The translations under genes were made by a program, and so were the position numbers. A stretch of DNA of 63,691 nt, filler included, from Reclinomonas americana ATCC 50394 (Eukaryota): assembly GCA_048213135.1 (NCBI GenBank). It is 20 parts of 20 records of this genome, joined end to end, with 100 filler letters (N's around TTAATTAATTAA, not from the genome) between each part and the next. Parts side by side here need not be neighbours in the genome. Positions count along the whole stretch, not along the records: positions 58,527 to 63,691 come from AFZH01024079.1; 19 more parts are not named here. One strand, 5' to 3'. Of this stretch, positions 59,199 through 63,691 are shown one piece after another. How positions within the stretch are numbered: position 1 is the first letter of the stretch; every line of letters starts with the position of its first letter. The notes below the pieces were generated by a model. The model saw nothing but the letters and a program-made list of their open reading frames with translations, did not search any database and had not been told where the DNA came from.

Positions 59199-61558
59199 TT
59201 AACCCGACACGAGCGTTAATCGGGTGCACATCCACACCAGGTGGTCACAGAGGGCGTCAACCGACTGTGGAACAACGTGCTTCAAACTATTGCGACCTTG
59301 CAAGAGGTAGCGAGCCACAAACTCCGACGTCGGCACACCAGTCATCCATCGGCACGAACGATGCATGGCTGCACAAAGAAGAGAAAGTGTCAGGCGCCTG
59401 AGACAGACAACAGATAGATGATCACAACACCAACCTTGAAGAATGGGAGTGAGCAAATCCACTGAGACGTAGCCATCGACCGTCATGCCTTCCGGATGAA
59501 TCGCAGTTACACAGTCGAACACGTACGACTCGACAAGCCGCACAAGCAGTGCTCTTTGGAAGCCTGCGCGCACAATGGTGAGTTCACGAGTCTCAGCACA
59601 CGGTACGCAGCACGCACGCATACGTACCTGTGGTGGTGACGCTTTGCACAAAGTTCTCGCAGCTGTCGAGCATGCTGAAGGGAATCGCGTCGCGCTTCAC
59701 ACCTGCAAGAAAAAATAAGGTGAACACTTGTTCCCGACTGCGCGGGTGACAATGCACAGGCAGCAGCAGACGCACCGAGCTTCATGATCATGGCGAGGAA
59801 CGCCTCGTACAGAGTGGCGGGAGTCAGCGACTTGAACTGCGCCAGATTCAGCAGGTCCATGTCCTCCAAAAAGGCAGCTTGCACCCACTCAAACGACGGC
59901 TCTCTGCTGCCAATCAACCATCTGGCGTCGCTTTGAATCTCTGCGCCACCACCGCCAATCATACATAGACACACGCGCGTGTGAGAATGCAGGTCTTTTC
60001 CGACGACGGACGGAGGGAAACAGCACACACGCAACGAAGCAACAAGCGGAGGAGGAATCGACACGCCGTGACACCATCCACCGCACGCTCACAGTGTGAG
60101 GTGGCACCACCAGCGCCGCTGGGCACTGGGGTATATCTGGCAAAGGCGTCCTCGAAGAAGGCCAGGAACTCCACATTGGCACTCCCTGCACCACGAATAC
60201 AGGGAAAAAGTCAATTCTCCGACAAGGTCCCACTGCGGAAAGCGCAAGAACAAACCACTCTCGTCCACGGCCAAGATGAACTCCGACAGTGACGAGAAGC
60301 GGTTGAAGTCAAAGGTCACGGGTGGTGAGGCGCGCACCACTACCGCCGCTGCCGCCGTCGCCGGTGCTGTAAACCCCCCCACCGAACGAAAAACGCACGC
60401 ACACATTCAGCCACAAATTGCATTTGGCGATAATGAAAAACCAAAGGGGTATCCGCACCTGCCGCCGATGGCACAGGAGGAGTCGCTGATGCCGCTGATG
60501 GCGCCCGAAGTGCATGTTGCTGTTGCAGCTGCTGCTGTTCCGCAACAGTAAATTCCTGCGCAACTGCCACCGCCACTTGCCGCGCCGCATCCGCAGGCGA
60601 CGAGGCAACGATTTGCAACTTTACCCGCCACCGAATATCAATCAGCACGTGCACCTCAGAGGCTGGCCAGACACAGAACAAAGAGCGGGTACCTTGCGCA
60701 AGCGAGAACCGCGATGAAAGTGTGTTAATACTCCGTCGATTCCTTGCCGCGCCACTGCCGCGTTGTACGCTGTCAAGTCATGCGTCGGTGGTGGAGGCTC
60801 CCGTTCTGCTCCACGCCGCCCACTCGACACATACACGCACGCCACAATACGTCCCAGCTGCGCGCGCACGCAGAGAAAGGCAAATGAGAGAAAGTCCACC
60901 AAACAACGACGTAGCGCATATGACAAAAAAAGAATAGAACCTTTTGCTCAATGAACTCTGCTTGCTCCATGGTCTGCGGGAAGCCCTCGAGCACCACATG
61001 ATGCCGCGCTCCATCCGCCAGCGCTCGCATTATCAACGACGCAACCGTCTGCGCACGAAAAAGCACTCAACAAACGCACATCAATGTCTCCTTCTCCCTT
61101 CCCCAACAACGCACCTCCTTGCGCAGTGGCAAGTTGAGGGCCACCGCATGCTTCACACTCTCATCGTCCATGACCAGCGCACGACGAAGCAGCGCATTGA
61201 CACTGAGTGCATCACCACCGACGCCGACATCGACTGGGTGATTGGGCGAGTGCAGCACGCACACCACCAAACAGCCGCCCGCGCGTGTGGGCGGTGACGT
61301 CACCGAGCGCGAGGAGCATGAGGGCGACGAGGAGGCGGAGGAGGAGGGAGTTGCCGTGGAGGAGGCGTCATTGAGCAGCTGCTTGTTGGTGTTATTCACA
61401 GCGGCGCTCTCTGCGAGTGTTGTTGATGGAGGGCGTATGACAATGGCGCTGGCCGCGGTCGCCTGGTACTTGTTGAGGGTGGGTGATGCGGGTGGTCTTT
61501 GGCTATTCAGTGGCACGGTGCTGTGTGATGCACCGGGTCGACTGCTGCCGCACCCCAT
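59199..61558 (-). CDS. N-acylated adenylate/NMP-kinase-like protein with a degenerate P-loop and a long C-terminal extension, multi-exon
   Basis: MGCGSS start (myristoylation/palmitoylation motif). LSVNALLRRA and VVLEGFPQTMEQAEFIEQKLG match the NMP kinase signature DGFPRTxxQA. No GxxGxGK is visible. Confidence 0.6.
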
Positions 61559-62582
61559 TTCTCTCTCACTCACTCACTCAACACAGATAGTGTGTGTGCG
61601 TGTGTGTGTGTGTGTAAGGCGAAAGTGTATGTGTATGGCACGGAGAAGCGCACGCTGCGGAGAGACACGCGCACGCGCTCGAACGCACACAAACAACAAC
61701 GAGCCGCGTCCAAAAATTATCTTTCCCTTTTCCGGAATTTGAAGCAGTTGTGCAAGCATTTCATCAGAGGCGTATGCAATACAGTGAGCGGCGCGTGAGA
61801 ATGGAAAAGTGGGAGAGAGAGAGAGAGCAGAGGCGGCGACATGCACTGTGCGGTTTGCGCGGTGTACTCGGACGGACACTGTATGTGGGGGTGAAACTCC
61901 GGCGGACGCAAATGTTCGCGATCGAGCCTGAGCGCTCCACTGCGGTGCTGCTCTCCTCGCGCCGGTCGCATGTGTGCCACGCATGTACACGTATTTCGAG
62001 GTGGTGCTGGTGCGTGCCACTTGCGCGGTCATGGCCGTGGCCACGGGGGAGCACGGTGGCGCCTTTCGATATCTCGCGCCCGTTTTCCGCCAATGGTATC
62101 GACGTCGCGGTTATTGAGCACGTGGCGGTGTGGTGGATGCTGCGGAGAGTGCCTCGTAAAGGTATCCTGTGTGTCAAATCAACGTACACTGCGTGGAAAC
62201 GCTCATTCGGAGTGACGTCGACCAACGTCGCACATGGAATTCCATGGCCGTGCAGAAAAAGAGGAGGAACGAACCCGAGTGGCGTATGCACTCTTTCGCA
62301 CCGCGGCACATGTGTGGGGACACGGGAAACACACGGCATTGCCATTTCTGGACAGCAGGACACGCTGGCTCCCAAGAACAAGGCATAAGGATTAGGTGAG
62401 TGCAATGCACTCTTCTTTCCGCCCCACACGCACACACTCGCATGCACACACACGCCCGCACATGCACGCACATCTCTCGCCGCTCTCACCAATTCACACG
62501 CTCGTGTGTCCGCGGGCCGACATCTCCGTCATGACACACTCTCACTCACACGCTCTCACTCGCAGGCTGAGGAGGAGGGAGC

Positions 62583-63691
62583 ATGATGAGTCAGCCACCC
62601 ATGGCGACCTCCTCGTCGTCCTCATCCACACCCACCTCATCATCGTCGTCACTGAGTGCCACCACTCACTCCACGCGGAAGCAACAACAACCATTATCAG
62701 CACAGCACCGCTCATCACAGCCACCACCACAACAACAGCCGCAACAACAGCAACAGAAGAAAGCACGACCAGTCTCCGCTGTTCATCCCTCATCTCCGCT
62801 GTCGCCAGCACAGCCATCATCATCGACTGGCAGTGGGCATCGTCGACGGAGCAGTGCTGGCAGTCCATCATCGGCAGGAGGAGGAGAGGCGGGAGTGCCA
62901 GCAAGTGAGCTGGTTGCGCGTGGCAGACGACAGGGCGTGCAGTCGACTCCATCGTCACCGCCAGCATCGCCTCCGGCAGCAGCCACGCAGCCAAAGCGAG
63001 GTGTGTGTATCTTTCTTTGTCTGTCTCACTCTCTGTCTGTGTGCTCATCGGGATCGTCACAGAGTTGCTTTTGCGGTACTTTTCCGAGGCGGATGTGGAG
63101 CGGATGACGGTCGGCATGTCGCTGGTCAAGCATGGTCGTCGGGGCAAGCCACATCCGCGATTCTTCCGATTGTTTCCCGAGCAGCTGGTGCTCACGTGGT
63201 ACTCGCCGAGCAAGCACACCAAGCGCACCACCGGTCAGTGTGCTCGTACTTAAGTGCGTCGTGTTTCAAGAGTATTCATGGTGTGTGCGGCAGTCGATTT
63301 GCGCAACGTGGTGGAGGTGGTTTCGGGACAGAGCACGGAAGTGTTTCGACGCAACTCGGATGGCAGCCGCGTGCACCTCTCGTTTTCCGTGATCTACTCG
63401 CCCAAGGCAGCCGGTGCGCAGATTGTGATCGTCGCTGCGCCCACTTTGCTCCCTCTGCTAAACAGACACTTGCTTTGCTGTGTCTGCAGCCTCGAGTCGC
63501 GTATCGATGGCCGACCTGCGCAGCCTGGATGTGGTGTGCCCCGACGAGGCCTCGTGCTTGCTGTGGAAGGGTGCCATGTGCGTCCTCTGCGACAAGATGG
63601 ACCGCGACGATCTCGCGCTGGTGGAGAAGCAGGGCGGCGGTGGTGGAGGCAATCGCGTCGCCAAATTGCAAGCTCCCGAGTCGCCGGCACT
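62583..63691 (+). CDS. PH-domain protein (PLC-type/PRAF-like PH), multi-exon; 3' truncated
   Basis: GMSLVKHGRRGKPHPRFFRL...LTWYSPSK, VDLRNVVEVVSGQSTEVFRR, LSFSVIY and RSLDVVCPDEASCLLWKGAM. Confidence 0.8.

Noticed and set aside
61750..62492. ORFs of 212-242 aa between the kinase-like and PH genes
   Set aside because: They show no recognisable motif, overlap on both strands and have simple-repeat-derived ends. I cannot support a gene, although a small one is not excluded.

Overview
This window is a concatenation of 20 sequence pieces separated by 19 artificial 100-nt spacers (N44-TTAATTAATTAA-N44), and it mixes at least three genomes. (1) High-GC bacterial pieces at 1-5492, probably actinobacterial (Microbacterium-like). 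They carry a truncated STAND/Avs-like NTPase and a C-glycoside catabolic operon: a GMC glycoside 3-oxidase plus two alpha/beta C-deglycosidase pairs with an internal promoter. (2) Alphaproteobacterial pieces at 18270-21891 with ntrY and an MdtB/C-type RND permease. (3) An intron-rich, microsatellite-rich flagellated protist for the rest. Its genes include a ~12-kb beta-helix/Cys-rich/multipass receptor, a Crinkler-like REase+kinase, SIRT2, a GT34, CCDC28-like, COPG, TMEM260-like, ODF3/SHIPPO, EPL1, LSM3, a peroxisomal amine oxidase, tandem WD40 genes, CFAP92-like, an acylated adenylate-kinase-like protein and a PH protein. Two observations stand out. (a) A spliced eukaryotic gene encodes phage-tail-fibre-like ~140-aa repeats and a C-terminal S74 intramolecular chaperone, with a phase-1 intron at the same place in all six visible repeats. 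(b) An atypical 5' splice site, N|GTTGCG(T), recurs at least 11 times and always after a non-G exon end, suggesting routine shifted-register donor recognition. All family calls come from motif recognition by eye, not database searches. Exon boundaries are manual predictions.
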